DNA from: Cyanophora paradoxa CCMP329
Taxonomy: Eukaryota; Plantae; Glaucophyta
Length of the DNA stretch: 64,000 bases
Assembly (NCBI GenBank): GCA_004431415.1
Contig: QPMI01000449.1
Coordinates: 124,001 to 188,000, forward strand
Direction: 5' to 3'
Position 1 is the first letter of the stretch, and each line of letters opens with the position of its first letter. Position numbers and translations under genes: made by a program. The notes under the pieces are model-generated. The model made no database searches and was not told where the DNA came from. It worked only from the letters and a program-made list of their open reading frames with translations. Shown here piece by piece: positions 34,901-47,441 of this stretch.

Positions 34901-37653
34901 AACGGCCAAGTTCGCCGTCTGGTCGAGTCCGCTGTGAAGCTCGACATGTGCGCCTTCTTGGTTCAACTCGGCGAGCCCTGCGAAGCCAAACTAACTCGCG
35001 GCCACTGCCCTCATGATCAGCCTTTTGAACCAGCTTCGGGAGAACGTGCACTCGCGCACCGTTCCGCAGAGCTCGAGGCTCCAGGAAGCGCACGAGGCAG
35101 AGGCAAGCGTTTCGTTTGCGAAGCGCTGCTAGCCGCGCATCTTACATCCGTATCTTCAGCAGCAGCAACCGAACATACAAGCGAGCTGGAGCCACGCTAG
35201 TGGTCAATCCGTGATCGACACTGCGAGAAAACAGGATGAAGATCGCGAAAAGGCGCGCGTGACGCAGTTCAATGACTTGTACCGCAAGGTACAGCTTTCA
35301 CTGCTCGAGCTTCTGCTTGCAATTGCCCTCGCACATCACAAGTCGCACTAAACGTGTGGTTCGTGCAGAGCGTTGACGAGGCGTCAAACCTGCAGAGGGG
35401 GCTCATGCAGCTGCGGCTCTCCAGGCTCGAGCGGCCGGTGCGCCGTCCCATACCTAGAGCTCCGCATTCGCGTCGAAGCGATGTCGACATCTCCTGGCTC
35501 GCAGTTGAATCGCGGTACCCTTCGAATCGACGAGTGCGACCCATTCGAGCTCTCGATCTTCGATCTCGCTGTTTCGCTCGGTTCCAGCTGAGAATCGATC
35601 GTTTCCCCCAGGCTTTTCAAGCGAATCAGGTGGCACCTCTCCACAATGTATGGGCCAGGAAGTTACTCCGACGTGGTCATCAAGAGGGTGAATGAAATTG
35701 TGCTCTCAAAGCAATCTTCTTTGCTCACGCGAAAATCAATCCCCAGGGGACGGTCTTCCACTTTTGCTCGTTCCCGGAAGATTGCTTCGAGTACCTGGTC
35801 CGAATCCAAATTCTTTGTCCTTGCATCATGCTTTGCTCACGCCTGCACTTACGTGCAGAACGAGGAGGAGGAAATCGAATCGTATCACCCTGTCAGCTTC
35901 GATGTCTCGGGTTACACAGACACAAGCAAGTGCGCACTGCGATATTCCCATCTGTTCACGAGTACTACCGCATGCACGCTCCAGCTAACTGTACATGTCA
36001 TTCTTTCTCAACGTCAGAGATCCGCAGTACAAGCTAAAAAACATTATCGAGATCATCGGGTATCCAAAAACGGTTGCTTTGCGGTTGCTTGTTTGATGAT
36101 CTCGGTTTGATGTTTGGTGCAGTTTGATTATCCATGATGTCTGGTCGAAAGGCAAGATCGACGCCGGCTACACCTACGGCGTCAATCGCAACGACGACAA
36201 AGCGAAGGTGAGGAACCTTTTTCTTCTACGCGCGCTGGCCATATGCATGGCCGCTGCACAGGGGCGTCGTCCCCTGAGCCTGGCCTGACCCCATATGACC
36301 TGAGCTTATCCGCAGGGTCCCCTGACCCACAAGCTGCTCGTTCCTTACGACGATTTGGTGGAATCGGAAAAAGCATACGACAAAAGCGCGCTGCTGTCGT
36401 GAATTTGAGCATTCACATGCTTCTTACCGCTAATCACCGTCATCGGTACAGATATGGCGATCCAAAGCCTGCGTCTCATCTGCGGACTTGGGTATGGAAA
36501 GCTTATATAATTAAGGCGCTTTTGTTGCAGAACCTCGCTTCAAATGACCTGCAAACAGATATTCGATCGAATGGCCGGATGATCGTCCCGTCCCGTCCCA
36601 CGAGCAGGCCAAGAACCAGCTCAAGAACCTCACGAGAGTGGAAAACGGACAGCCGATCGTGTAAGCTCCCTAAGCTTGTCTAACTATGTCTTCCCTTTTT
36701 CTCTTCATTCGCCCTGTTTCGATTGCCAGCTACAACTACGCCCACGATTGCCAGTACCCTCCGGACGCGAAGAAGCCCGCGGACTACTACAACTTGAAGA
36801 CGGTCCGAATCAAACCCTCACCCTCCTTTGGAAAAGCATCTGATCATGAACCGCACGGGACAGTGGCCCGTGCACCAGCGCTCGAGCAACGACGACGCGG
36901 ACCTGCGGGAGCTGGAGGAGCTGATGGCAGAGGCCGTACACGACCTGTGGGCCAAGGAACGCCGCGCCGAAGGAGTCGTCTTCGGGCCGAAGAGCTGCCC
37001 GGGCGAGACCTCCCAGTGCGCATGCGCCCGGCTCGACTTCATTGCGATCATGATCCTCAGCCTTCGCTGTCTGACGCCTCGCTCGCTCACTCGTTCGCTC
37101 GCTCACTGCTCTCGTCCAGCCTACTGAAGCCATGTACGCCGCCCCGTCTTTGGGGTTATATGATCAATTAATTCGAACATGCTTTTTGCTTGTTTGGTCA
37201 CACGGTCTCTTCTCGCAGATGGTTTGATGAGCGCTCGGGAGAGACAGCCTGATCTCGACACGGTGCGTATGAATACACGCCCCGGACCTCTGAAATATTA
37301 TTCGCTGCTGCGCGCGTACGGCACTCGCTCAAGTTCGTTGAATGACGCAGGTGCGCTCGACGCTGGCGACGATCAAGGCCCTGGGGTACGAGATCAAGCT
37401 CCACTCGAGGACAGGCGTCAGCGGCTTCACGGCCAAGATCAACCCGTGCGCGCGAACGAAGAACACTCTAGATCTTATAAATTAAGTCATTCGCTCCGGC
37501 TGGCGTTAACGTCGACCCCGGCCGTGGGCTGGTAGGGTGACGTACGTCTCCAAGCGCCTGGCGAGCTACGGCGGATCGAAGGCCGCGGCCGCCAACGCCG
37601 GCCCGCCCGCCCCCGCGGACCTCGACCCCAAGTACTTGAACATCAACGTGTAG
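28955..37653 (+). CDS. Polycystin-2/TRPP-like cation channel with two C-terminal RyR (ryanodine receptor) repeat domains; start uncertain
   Basis: PKD motifs YGKGGYGVNL, STRAVAVNMAFYN, YFSDAWTWIE, YIDFQQL, NILLLILRSFKFLRLN, LAKLDLLSF, GYVVFG, YRNFTASFASLFRFITG and LINIFIAIV. RyR repeats YHPVSFDVS..IHDVWSKGKIDAGYTYGVNRNDD..HKLLVPYDDLVESEKAYDK and LEELMAEAVHDLWAKERRAEGVVFG..TLATIKALGYEI. Stop at 37651-37653. Confidence 0.85.
30240..30590. repeat. Pyrimidine/poly-C low-complexity intronic tract
   Basis: About 350 nt that is almost entirely C and T. Confidence 0.85.
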
Positions 37654-38034
37654 CCGCATTCACAATTTCTATGCGCACGCGCACGGAAGGATCGTTCATT
37701 TATTTATAATCATTCAAGCGAACTCAACATGCGAAAAAGATCGTTTAGCTTCATGATCATAGGTTTCTGGGTGGATTCAAGTGCTGCAGCCCCAGATTGG
37801 ATGTATTTGCGCAAGCAAGGATCGTTTGGCTGTATACGTAGGATCAGAATTTGAAACCTCCCACCGGCTGCAGGCCGTTGGCTTCAGGTAGAAAAGCGAA
37901 CGCGATAAAGCTACGGCCAACTAGTACTATAGCGCTAGCTTAGCTTGACATATAAGACTCACATCTCGCCGAGGAGCTCGCCGAGTCGCGATCGAGCTCG
38001 AGGCTAGCTAAGCCTAGGAGCCGCCACCGCCGCC

Positions 38035-41000
38035 TCACGGGGCGCCAGCTGCAGCCGCCGGGACGCGGACGGTGGGGCAGCGAGCGAGGGGCCCCCGCGC
38101 GCCGCTGTACGAGACGGCCTGCACGGCGAACTCCTGCGGGGGTACGCCCTCCCCGCGCACCGCCGCGCGGAAGCAGACCCGCGCGGCGCCGTCGGCAACC
38201 CGCGCCGGACCGCGGGCGCGGCCCTCGAAGGCCCACTCGCCGGCGGCCCCGCCGGGGCCGGCGACAGCCGGACGCCTGAAGATATCGTAGTGGAGTGTGC
38301 CCGGGACTGCCTCCCACGCCAGCGTCGCGGCGAGGCCGGCCGCCGGGTCGTGGGCGACCTCCTCGGCCCGCAGTGCGGCGGGGCCGGCCCGCGGGCCGGG
38401 GCCCGCCGACGCCGCCGCCTCGGCAGGCACCACAGAGAGGAAGCCGAGGTGGACGCCGTAAGCCACGGGCGAGGCCGACGCGGCCGCCGCGCCGGCGCCG
38501 CCGGCGACGAGCAAGACCTCGCGGACGATGCGGCCGGAGAAGGCAGGCGGGACGTCGAAGGAGCGCGTCTGCCAGCCGCCCTCGCACGCGCTGCCGAGCG
38601 CCGCCGCCGCCGACAGCGTCACTGTGGACGCAGAGGCGTACGCGGAAAAGGAGGAGGACGACGACGACGTCGAAACGGACGATGGCGAGGACGAAGTGAC
38701 AGAGGAAGACACGACCGTGCTGCTGCTGCTGGTAGTAGTAGTCGTGGTGGTAGTGGTTCGGCTGCTCGTTGCTACGGCCGTGGCCGTGGCTGAGCCGGCG
38801 GAGGCGGAGGCGGAGGCGGCCGAGCCCTCCGGGCAGGGCATGCGGAGGACGGTACCATCGTCCAGCGCCATTGCCAAGGCGAAGGCGTGCTCCTGTACCC
38901 CGTCCGCAGGGCGGAAGGCCAGCGTCACGCGCACCCCCGAGGCGGGGACCTCCAGCGCGACCTTCTCGGGTGAGATGTGATGAATCAGATCGGCTCAGAT
39001 GAGCTCAGAAACTCAGACGGACCCGCAGGAGGCGGAAAACGCCGTGGTCGCCGGGACGCTCCAGGCGCCCGCTGGCCAAGCGGAAACGCGCGAGTCAGGC
39101 GGAGCTGAGATTTAGAGAGAGCGCGGCCGGGGGAGCGGTCACCTGAAGAGGAGCGAGCCCCCGCCGTCGTACGCGGCGCCGTAGGCGAACGAGGCGGAGA
39201 GGGAGGCGGCGGCGGGGCCGGCGGCCGGCGGGCCGAGCGGGAAGGACGGCTGCAGCGCCTGCAGGCCGAAGTCCAGCCAGGGGCCGGCCCGCGCGGGGGC
39301 GCCCCGCAGGAAGAACGCGCCCCCAGCGCCCCTGCGGCGGATAAGACGGAGTCCGGGGGCGGGGGGAAGGGGGGCGGGGTACGCGGTCACGCACCTGCAG
39401 AAGGTCGTCGCGAAGGGGAGGGAGGAGGGGAGGCCCCGCGGCTCGACGTACCCCGCCACGCCCTCTGTGGGAGGGGGTAAAGGTGCGCGTCAGGGCATCC
39501 GGAGAGGATAGATAAGGGGAGCGAAAAAAAGAGGGGGAGCGGGGGGTACCAGCGGGGTCCGCGGCGCCGACGCCGGTCCAGAAACGGTCCTCCCGAGAGT
39601 CGAACGCGGCGCGCGTCTTCTCCCCCTCGGGACGGTTCTCCCACCTGCGCCCGCCCCGCCCGCTCGATCGGGCTGTGGGTACGGGATGGCTCGGCTGGGG
39701 AGGGGAGGGGTACGCGCGTCCAGCCGGGGGCGAAGATGGCGGCGGACAGGCCTGCCTTGGCGATCACTTCGAGAGCCTGCCGGCCGGCTCGAGAGTGCGG
39801 GGGGGGGGATGAAGGCGAAGGAGGGGGGTACGGCACCTTCCAGGCGTCGAAGCCGCCCCCTCCATACGTGTTGCGGCCGAAGCAATCGATCCCTACGCGC
39901 CGCCGTCGGCCGGTACCCCCCTCCCCCCCATCACGAGGGGTACGGCGAACCGAAGAAAACGTCGCGGCGGCGGTCCGGCCCCACGAGCTGCGCCGAGCGC
40001 GCCGGCGCCGCCTCCTGAGGGGGAAGTGAGAGGGGGGTACCCAGCTCGAGCTGAGGGGGAGGGGGGTACTTGCCTTCCACGTGTAGTTCGTGAATATGGA
40101 GTCCGAGGCGCGCATGAATTCGATGTTGTTGTGGTTCACCTGTACCCATATGAGGCGTTCAGGGGGTACCAGATCATTTAACATCACATCGCACCTCGTT
40201 CTGCCACCGGATTCGGCCGCTGAAGTCGAGAGCGTCGTACCACATGACGGTGGAGCCCGGCACGCGCTGCGGGGGGTACCGGATCAGACGCACGGACGGG
40301 GCCGCGTGCGGGGGTACGCTGTTCTCGCCTCGTGCATCAGCTTCGTCAGGTACGCGACCCACTGACGGAGGCGTGAGGATGGGGGAGGGGGAGGGGGAGG
40401 GACGGGGTACGCGCACCTTGACGAGAAGGGCGGCGTGACGCGGAGAGGGTACAGGGCTCTCAAAGTTAAGGAGCCAGCCGTCAAATCTGAGAGAAGGGTG
40501 AGGAGAGAGCTCGAGGTACCCGTACCCCCCCGGAAACTGGGAAATCGCGTACCCGTAGTACTGAGCGACGTCGACGAGGCGCTCGGCGTAGTAGTAAGAG
40601 GGCTCGCCCGCGGGGGGCGCCGGGCCGCCGGGCGGCCCTTCTAGGAGCCTGAGGTTCTCGGCCTCGCCCTCCTTCCACTCGCTGCGGATTCGAGCGGTGT
40701 GAGCGCGGCGGGGCCGGGGGCGACAGATAAGCAGCGCACGTGATGAAGGTCCCGAGGACGGATACGCCGTGCCGGTGGGCAGCCTCGGTCCAGCCGCGCT
40801 GCGGGCCGCTCAGCGGATGCGGTGCGGAGGCGGAGGCGGAGGCGGGGCAGTCGCACGGGCGGCAGGGTCACGCGGTGGTGCGAGAAGTAGCAGAACGCGT
40901 CGACGAGGCTCCAGCTGCGGAAGACGTACGGGTCGGGCAGGCCCCAGCGCGTCTGCGCGTCCGCGTCCTGCACGTAGCCCCCGCACATGTCGTGGCTGCC

Positions 41001-41271
41001 CCGCGCGCCCTTAGCGCCGCGATGGATCGCGAAGGAGAACGGCGGACCAGTGCAGGACCCTCTGCACGCGCTGCGGGCGGGGAGGGCTCGCGCCGCGTAG
41101 CGGGGCGCCGCCGGCCGGGAGCTGCTGCGGGGGCGCGCCGGGCAGGGGCGGCCGCGGCTGCAGAGGAACGCTGCATACGTTCCACGGATCGCCGCCGCGC
41201 CATGCCTCGAGCTCCGCGAGGGAAGCCAAGGGCCGGCAGCGCGGCGGCTCGAAAGCTTCAGCCCCGGTCAT
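38035..41271 (-). CDS. ENGASE: Cytosolic endo-beta-N-acetylglucosaminidase (GH85), multi-exon
   Basis: HDMCGGY, VDAFCYFSHHRVTLPP, WTEAAHRHGVSVLGTFIT, YGFDGWLLNFE (catalytic NxE), VMWYDA, SIFTNYTW, GIDCFGR and SAAIFAPGW. Confidence 0.93.
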
Positions 41272-41354
41272 CTGCGCGCTCCCGCGTCGTCGAACGCGCG
41301 CGCTGGAGTCTAAAGTGAGCAGTTGCGCACCCGAGCGGCGCGTGAGCTCGGGTT

Positions 41355-41455
41355 GGAGTGCAGAGGGGAGACTGGGACCGGTCGGACCCGCACCGAAGAG
41401 ATATGATGGCTCTGTTAACCTAGTGGTCGTGGGTTCGAGCGGCAAGCTGTTGCTG
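41355..41455 (+). pseudogene. Degenerate, internally deleted inverted copy of the tRNA-Lys-like unit
   Basis: Shares the leader ggagtgcag..gggaccggtcgg and ttaaccta(g)tggtcgtgggttcgagcggcaagctg with the copies at 41586-41700 and 48098-48212, but lacks the D-arm segment. Confidence 0.75.
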
Positions 41456-41502
41456 ACGGTGGAAAAGAATACGATGCTCTTTCTGGGTACAGCACAACTA
41501 TG

Positions 41503-41552
41503 GTGTGATGTGATGTGATGTGATGTGATGTGATGTTCTGTGCTGTGATGTG
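41503..41552. repeat. (TGTGA)n microsatellite
   Basis: tgtgatgtgatgtgatgtgatgtgatgtgatg lying between the inverted tRNA-like copies. Confidence 0.85.
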
Positions 41553-41585
41553 CTGTGGTGAAGACAGCAGCAGCAGCAGCATGCC

Positions 41586-41646
41586 GCTCGAACCCACGAC
41601 CATTAGGTTAAAAGCCTAACGCTCGTACCAACTGAGCTACCAGGGC
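41586..41646 (-). tRNA. tRNA-Lys(UUU) positions 1-60 only; the 3' T-stem and acceptor strand are missing downstream
   Basis: GCCCTGG TA GCTC AGTTGGTAC GAGC G TTAGG CTTTTAA CCTAA TGGTC GTGGG TTCGAGC, then GGCATGC instead of CCCAC-CCAGGGC. Confidence 0.8.
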
Positions 41647-41908
41647 CGTCGGACCTCTGCCCGGTGGGCCCGACCGGTCCCGTTCTCCCCGCTGCACTCC
41701 GCCGACTCCGCGAGCGCTCCCGCCGCCCGGAGAGCGTTCCCGCCGCCCGGTGAGCGCTGGGCACCTCCATTTCGCGCCGTGCACGCCCCGCTCCGCCCTG
41801 GCGCGGCGTGAGCCCGCGCAACGCTGACGGCGGCCGCGAGACGGGGCGGCCCGGCGGCGAGGCCGCGAAGCGCGCTTCCACCGCTCCAGCGATCGCAGCA
41901 ACAGGACA

Positions 41909-44030
41909 ATGCCGGCCGGCGGCGCGGAGGCGGCGGCCCCAGCGGCGCGGCTCGCCGACCTGCCCGACGAGCTCTTGCAGCGCGTCGCGACGCACCTCGG
42001 GCCCCTCGGGGCGCTCCCGCTGCTCTCCGTGAGCCGCAGGCTTCGCTGCGCGCTCGCCGGCGCGCCGTGGGCCGAGCTCGCGCTCGACCTGCGGGCGTGC
42101 CTGCGAATTCGAAGACGGGACGACTGCGGCGCGGCGGGTTGCGGGGCAGCTGCGGCCGCGGGCGGTGGGCGCGCTGGTGCTGAGCGGCGCGGGGCCGGCG
42201 GCGGTCGAGGCGCTCCTCTCATTCCTCGCCGGCTCCTCCCCCGACCTCGAGTCCGCCGATGTCCTTCCCACCGCGGGGTCGGGTGCCCTTCCGATTCGAC
42301 CCGCTGCGCTCGCCCGCCCGCCCGCGCTCAGCCCCGCGCAGACGGTATCGCGGCCGCGCGCGCCGCGGCCGACGGCCTCCGGCACTTTCCTCGCCTGGCG
42401 ACCCTCAAGTGGTCCGCCGCCCCGCCCCGCCGCCCCGCCCCCTCGCGCGGCTTCCGGCCGCCTCCGACGCGCTGCGCCAAAGGCGGGGCCCGCCGCTGGC
42501 CCTCTCGGGCCTACCCTCGCTCCGCCACCTCTCCATCCTCGGTGCGGTTCGCCGGACGCGCCTCGGACCCGGCCCGGGCTCGGCCAGCGGCTCTGAGCCC
42601 CGGCCCACGGGCTCCTGGTGCGCGCAGGGACGGATATGGCGGAGGCCGACGTCCGCGCCCTCTGCGCCGCCTTCCCCCACCTCGAGGCGCGCCCGCCCCG
42701 CCGGCCCCGCGGCCGCCGCCGGTGTTCCTTGGCCCCGCCTAACTAGTGGCTGGCCCCCGGTCCCGCCCCGCCCCACCCCGCCCCGCCCCGCCCCGTCCCG
42801 CAGTCTCTGGAGGGCTGGTTCGGGGACCGCGCCGCCCTCGCCGCCCTCGCGCCCCTCGCCGCCCTCCGCCGCCTCTCCGCCGACCTGGTGCCGCGTACCC
42901 CCCTCCCATGTCTCCCCCCCTGATCCGGGCGGGTACAGCTGGAGCCGGAGGGGCTCGAGTCGGCGCTGGCGGCCCTACCCTCCGGCCTCTCGGCCCTCGA
43001 GCTCGCCAGCATCGGCTACGAGGTCCGCGCCGCGCTGTACCCCCCGCCCCCGCCCGGCAGCTCACCTGACCCGCTGCCAGAGCATGTGCGCGGCCGCCCT
43101 GCGGACGCTCCCGCGCTTCGCCGACCTGCGGTCCCTGGCGATTGAGGTGCGGGTCGAATCCGCGCGGCGCCATTTCACGATTTCGCTCTGATTCGCGATC
43201 GGGCGCAGGTGGACCGCGGCTCGGCGCCCGCCCTGGGCGCCCTCGCGTCTGTACCCCTCCTCTCGGAGCTCCGCCTCTCCGTGCGCCTCGGGCACACCGA
43301 CGCCGAGGTGACGCGGTACCCCCCTCAGGGTTCCCTCCCCACCACCTGCTGACCTGCGTACCCCGCCACAGACGTCGGAGTTCGTCTCCGCTCTCTCGCG
43401 GGCGGTCGGGTCGATGCAGGCCCTCCAGGCGCGTACCCCCCCCCTCGCCCCCCGCGCTCCCGCCGCCCCCAGGAACGCCACTGTACCCCAGGACCTGGAC
43501 CTTGATCTGGACGACTGCACTGAGGAGGGCTGCGACGGCCCCGCGCGCGCCGCGGCGCTCCTCGCCGGCTGCCGGCCCAGGTGCCGTACCCCCCTTCTTC
43601 GTTTCTCTGTACCCCTCACACTTGGGTGCCTTGTAGGCTCCGGCGGCTCGGGGGGTACTTCCAGAGCCCCTCCCGCCTCGACCCGCTGGCCTCCGCCTTC
43701 GCCTCCGGCCCCTTCCCCCGCTTGAAGGTGCGCTTTCGCGTACCCCCCTTCCCCAAAAGATCTTTTGTTTTCTCGCCGCAGGAGGTCGAGATCACGTACG
43801 CGGCAGCCCGCTCCGCCCCCGGCGCGGAGTCCCTGTACCCCCTCCTCCACGCCCTCTCCGCGATCCACGCCGCCCTGGCGTCCTCCCACCCCCGGCCGCG
43901 CCTGCGGCTCCGGCTGGGGGCGCCCTCGGAGCTGCGGGGCGGGCCCCTGTTCCCCCAGTGGGAGGCCTTCTGGCGGGAGGCCGCCCGGAGCCCGTTCGGC
44001 GCCGCCCTTCTGCACCCCGCCACGCTCTGA
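41909..44030 (+). CDS. F-box / LRR protein, copy 1 (+1 shift near 42100 relative to copy 2)
   Basis: RLADLPDELLQRVATHLGPLGALPLLSVSRRLR; LRR-like FPRLATLK, LPSLRHLSIL and FADLRSLAIE. Confidence 0.75.
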
Positions 44031-44188
44031 GCTCGACAACTGGAGAGCTAGGCTTTATAATTTGATCATGACAAAAAGCAAAATACATATTATTACAAAG
44101 TTAAAGCAGATCTAAAGCGTCGATGCAATTTCGGTGGGAAATATAATATAGCCGCCTGATCATGAGTAGCATTCCAAAAATCTGATCT

Positions 44189-46788
44189 TCACCTCGACTT
44201 TCGGACGCAGGCCTCGGAGGATCTGGCGCACAGGCCCGGCGTTAAGAGGATAACGTCGGTGGGCAAATTCAAATCAACGCGGTCCAAGCGCACCTCGAAG
44301 GATTCACGCCAGGAGCTCGAGCTCGAGAAGAGCCTGACGGAGACGTGGAGCTCCCGCAGGGCGGGGAGCGCTGCAATCGCCGCCGCCTCCACGTCGCTGA
44401 GGGGCCGGCGGAGGCTGAGGCTGAGGCGGACCAGGGCGCGCCGCACGCCGGCCGATCCGAGGAGGGCGACGACGTCCTCGGCCGCGGATCCCCATGGCCA
44501 CTGCGCGGCGCCGGCGCCGTCACGCCGGGTGCCGAAATCGGCTGCGTGTTAAATATTAATCAGTGATACGTGTACAATGGCGCCGACCGCAAAATTTCGA
44601 ATTCAAACGAATCGACTTCATATATAGTTATAACGTGTTTATCTATATCATTTTTGAGACAAAAGAATGCTTAAGCTTGTTGCATGCAGAATTAGGGTGC
44701 GTAATTCTCGGATGATCATGATCGATATATCACGATGCATATGACTTACAAGACAGAATAAGGCCGAGCCTCTCCAGGCGGGGTAGGCTGCAGAGCGCCT
44801 GCGCCATCGCCGGGGCTGCCGTTCGATCGCTGCAGTCCCCGAGGTCCACGAAAGCGTCGAGCTCGCGGAGGTTGGCGATGCGGCCGATATCGCCGGACAG
44901 CACGGACGAGGGGGTGATCTGGAACTGATCATGATCGCGAGGTCAGATCTAGAGGGATATATATATATATAATGTTTTGTTTGCCCCTCGAGCTCGACAT
45001 CGATGTACGAACCGCCAATCCTTGGACTGATTCAAGGCTCGGGAAGCGGCTGAAGGCGACGAGGAGGGGATAGTTTAACCCCACAACCGTAGATCTGTTA
45101 GATTCGTTCGAAATCCGTGGAAACTGGCCTGCCCTGCGCGCGCACGGCAAACTTAAATTAAAATACATTATCGCGATCGGCGTCAAGCTTAAGCTTGAGG
45201 ATATCGCGATCGATGCGAACTCGTGATCAATCTATTTAATGTATATATAGCGAACAGCTGGAATAGGTAGAGCGCATGCTTACATGTACTGGTGGCCAAT
45301 CTCATACAGGGCGAAGGCTCGAAGGGTCTTTCCCGCGGGACCTTTGGCAAGCCTCTCCAAGCCGGCGATGATGGGGGCGTTTGGATCGTGGAGTTCGGTC
45401 AATGCTGCATACGCGAAGACAACTTCCTGCAGGTGCTCGAGGCGCGAAAGAGACGCCAGGACCTCCACTTCCGAACCGTCTTCGCACAATTCGGGGGCGA
45501 AGCTGATCGAGCGCAGGAGGGGGCATGCAGAGGCGATGGCCGCTGCAGCTGCTGCGTCGATGGCGATGCCTTCCGACAAGAGCCAGTCGCAGGAGAGAGT
45601 GAGCGAGCGAAGCTTGCCGAAAGGAGCGAGGGCGGCATGCAGATCGTCGGCCGCTAGCCTCTGCATCTCTTCTAGATCGATATCTGGGTCGTGGTGATCG
45701 TGGTCGGCGGTGAAGCCGATGTTGAGGCTTTCGAGTCTGCTCTCCGAGCCGTCCGGCGGCCGCAGCGCCCCCAGCACTCCGAACAGGAAGTCGTTGAAAA
45801 AGCCCGCCTCGAATTTGACATAGCCCTCCATGTACCCTCCGAGCAGCTCGAATGTCACCTCGCGCAGCTGCGCCGAGCCGCTGCAGCTGCGCGTGATCGC
45901 TGCGAGGAGTTTGCAGGCTGCCTCGACATAGCGCTGGCGGCGCGGAACAACGGGCGCGTCGTCGGGGACGTCGTCGTCAATATTCGAGCCAACGTTCTCG
46001 AACTTATCCAGCTGCAGCTCCGGCCGAAGCGCGACGCTTGAGCCTTCTCCAAGCCGCAGCTTTCGCTGATCAAAGAGCGCCGAAAGAGAATCGCATCCGT
46101 CCTCGCAGCTGAGCGTGGAGGATATCGATCTTCCGGGTGCAGGCCTGCCGAACTCGAGCTCCGAATCCGTATGCGTTTCCTCGTCGTGCACCTGGAAGCT
46201 CGAGGCATGTGTCTGCACTTGCTTCGAGAAGTCCTTGCCTCCGAACCACAGCTCAAGGGCGGTCCACTCTGTCTCCTCGATCACCCTCCGCCACCGCCTG
46301 CGATCGCGATCGGGCGGGGTTCGAAATTAAACTCGAGGCCTAGGCCTAGCTAGCGCTATAGGCTGCTTGGCATGCGCAGCACATACATGCATGTGAATTC
46401 TAGATTAAATAAAATAAAATTCAGATCGCATGCATATGGTTATACATAATTGATGATCATATGAAAACCGAAGCGCAGACCTGCAGACGGCGCGCAGGGG
46501 CCAGCTCGCCCGCAGCCCCAGCGCGTCGCACTTGAACATGCTGCTCATGACCGCGTCGGGCAGCGCATCGATATCGGATGCTGCCGATTCCGCGCCGCCA
46601 GCGCCATCTGCAGCTGCAGCTGTAGCTGCAGGCGCTGCAGCTGGCGATGGCTGCGGCGCGGCGCCGGCCGCGGATGCAGCTGCAGCTTCGAATTCGAAGG
46701 CTCGAGGAGATGCGGCCGCGGAAGTCGACTGCTCGCATGCGCAGAGAGAGAGATTCAGAGTGAGAATGGACTTGCGCCGCAATTGCAA
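44189..46788 (-). CDS. F-box / LRR-like protein, same family as 20648-22300; boundaries approximate
   Basis: IDALPDAVMSSMF..LGLRASWPLRAVCR. The large exon 45280-46290 has GVLGALRPP..SRLESL, ALAPFGKLRSL, ACPLLRSI and LAKGPAGKTLR. Confidence 0.78.
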
Positions 46789-47441
46789 GATTTATTAAGA
46801 TCGAATTCATGTATCTAGATATCGATCTAGCTAAAGAGCTCGAATAAGTATACGTATACGTATACGAATCGAACATCGATATTATGATATCTATTGCGCT
46901 AGCTATATAGCTAGACGTCGACGCGCATGCATATGCACGCGTACGCGTGCACGCACTGGTACTTGTGACAGGTGCAGCGCTAGCGCTAGCGGCGCGTCCG
47001 GCAGATCGAGAAGCCCTCCAGAAGCAATCTGAGCGCCGAAAGAGAATGAGAATGGACCCGCACCGTGAGAATGGACCCGCGCCGTACTATCGATATATCG
47101 CTACGTACTTTTGACAGGTGCACGGTTTCAGTCGCGGGGCCGTCTCCGGGGCCGTCCAGCCGACGACGCGGACCAGCGAGAGTGTCCGGGCCCACCGCGC
47201 TGCACGCCTCGCCATCCCGCTTCGAATTCATCGCACGCGAGGTATCACGCCTCGGACTGCTGCTCGATCGTGGTCAGCGCCGCCCGAGCCGCGCGCGCAT
47301 AGATGGCGCGCCGCAAACCTCTGAGGTCGCTCCTGCGCGCGCGTTCCGTTTGCGCGCGGGTCGACTTTCCGGAACTGAAGGAAGTGAATCGCCGTAGTAT
47401 GTACCCTAAAACCACGTGACGCGTACCCCCCAGACCCACTT

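Larger units (their letters stand above)
41578..44039 (+). repeat. Segmental duplication copy 1 (tRNA-Lys fragment plus F-box gene)
   Basis: Near-identical to 48090-50571, including introns. Confidence 0.92.

Noticed and set aside
41401-41460. tRNA-Asn(GTT) or C/D-box snoRNA reading (ATGATG..CTGA, CTGTTAA loop)
   Set aside because: The segment aligns as a deleted, deaminated copy of the tRNA-Lys unit. The anticodon stem does not pair, and the boxes are not conserved in the other copies.
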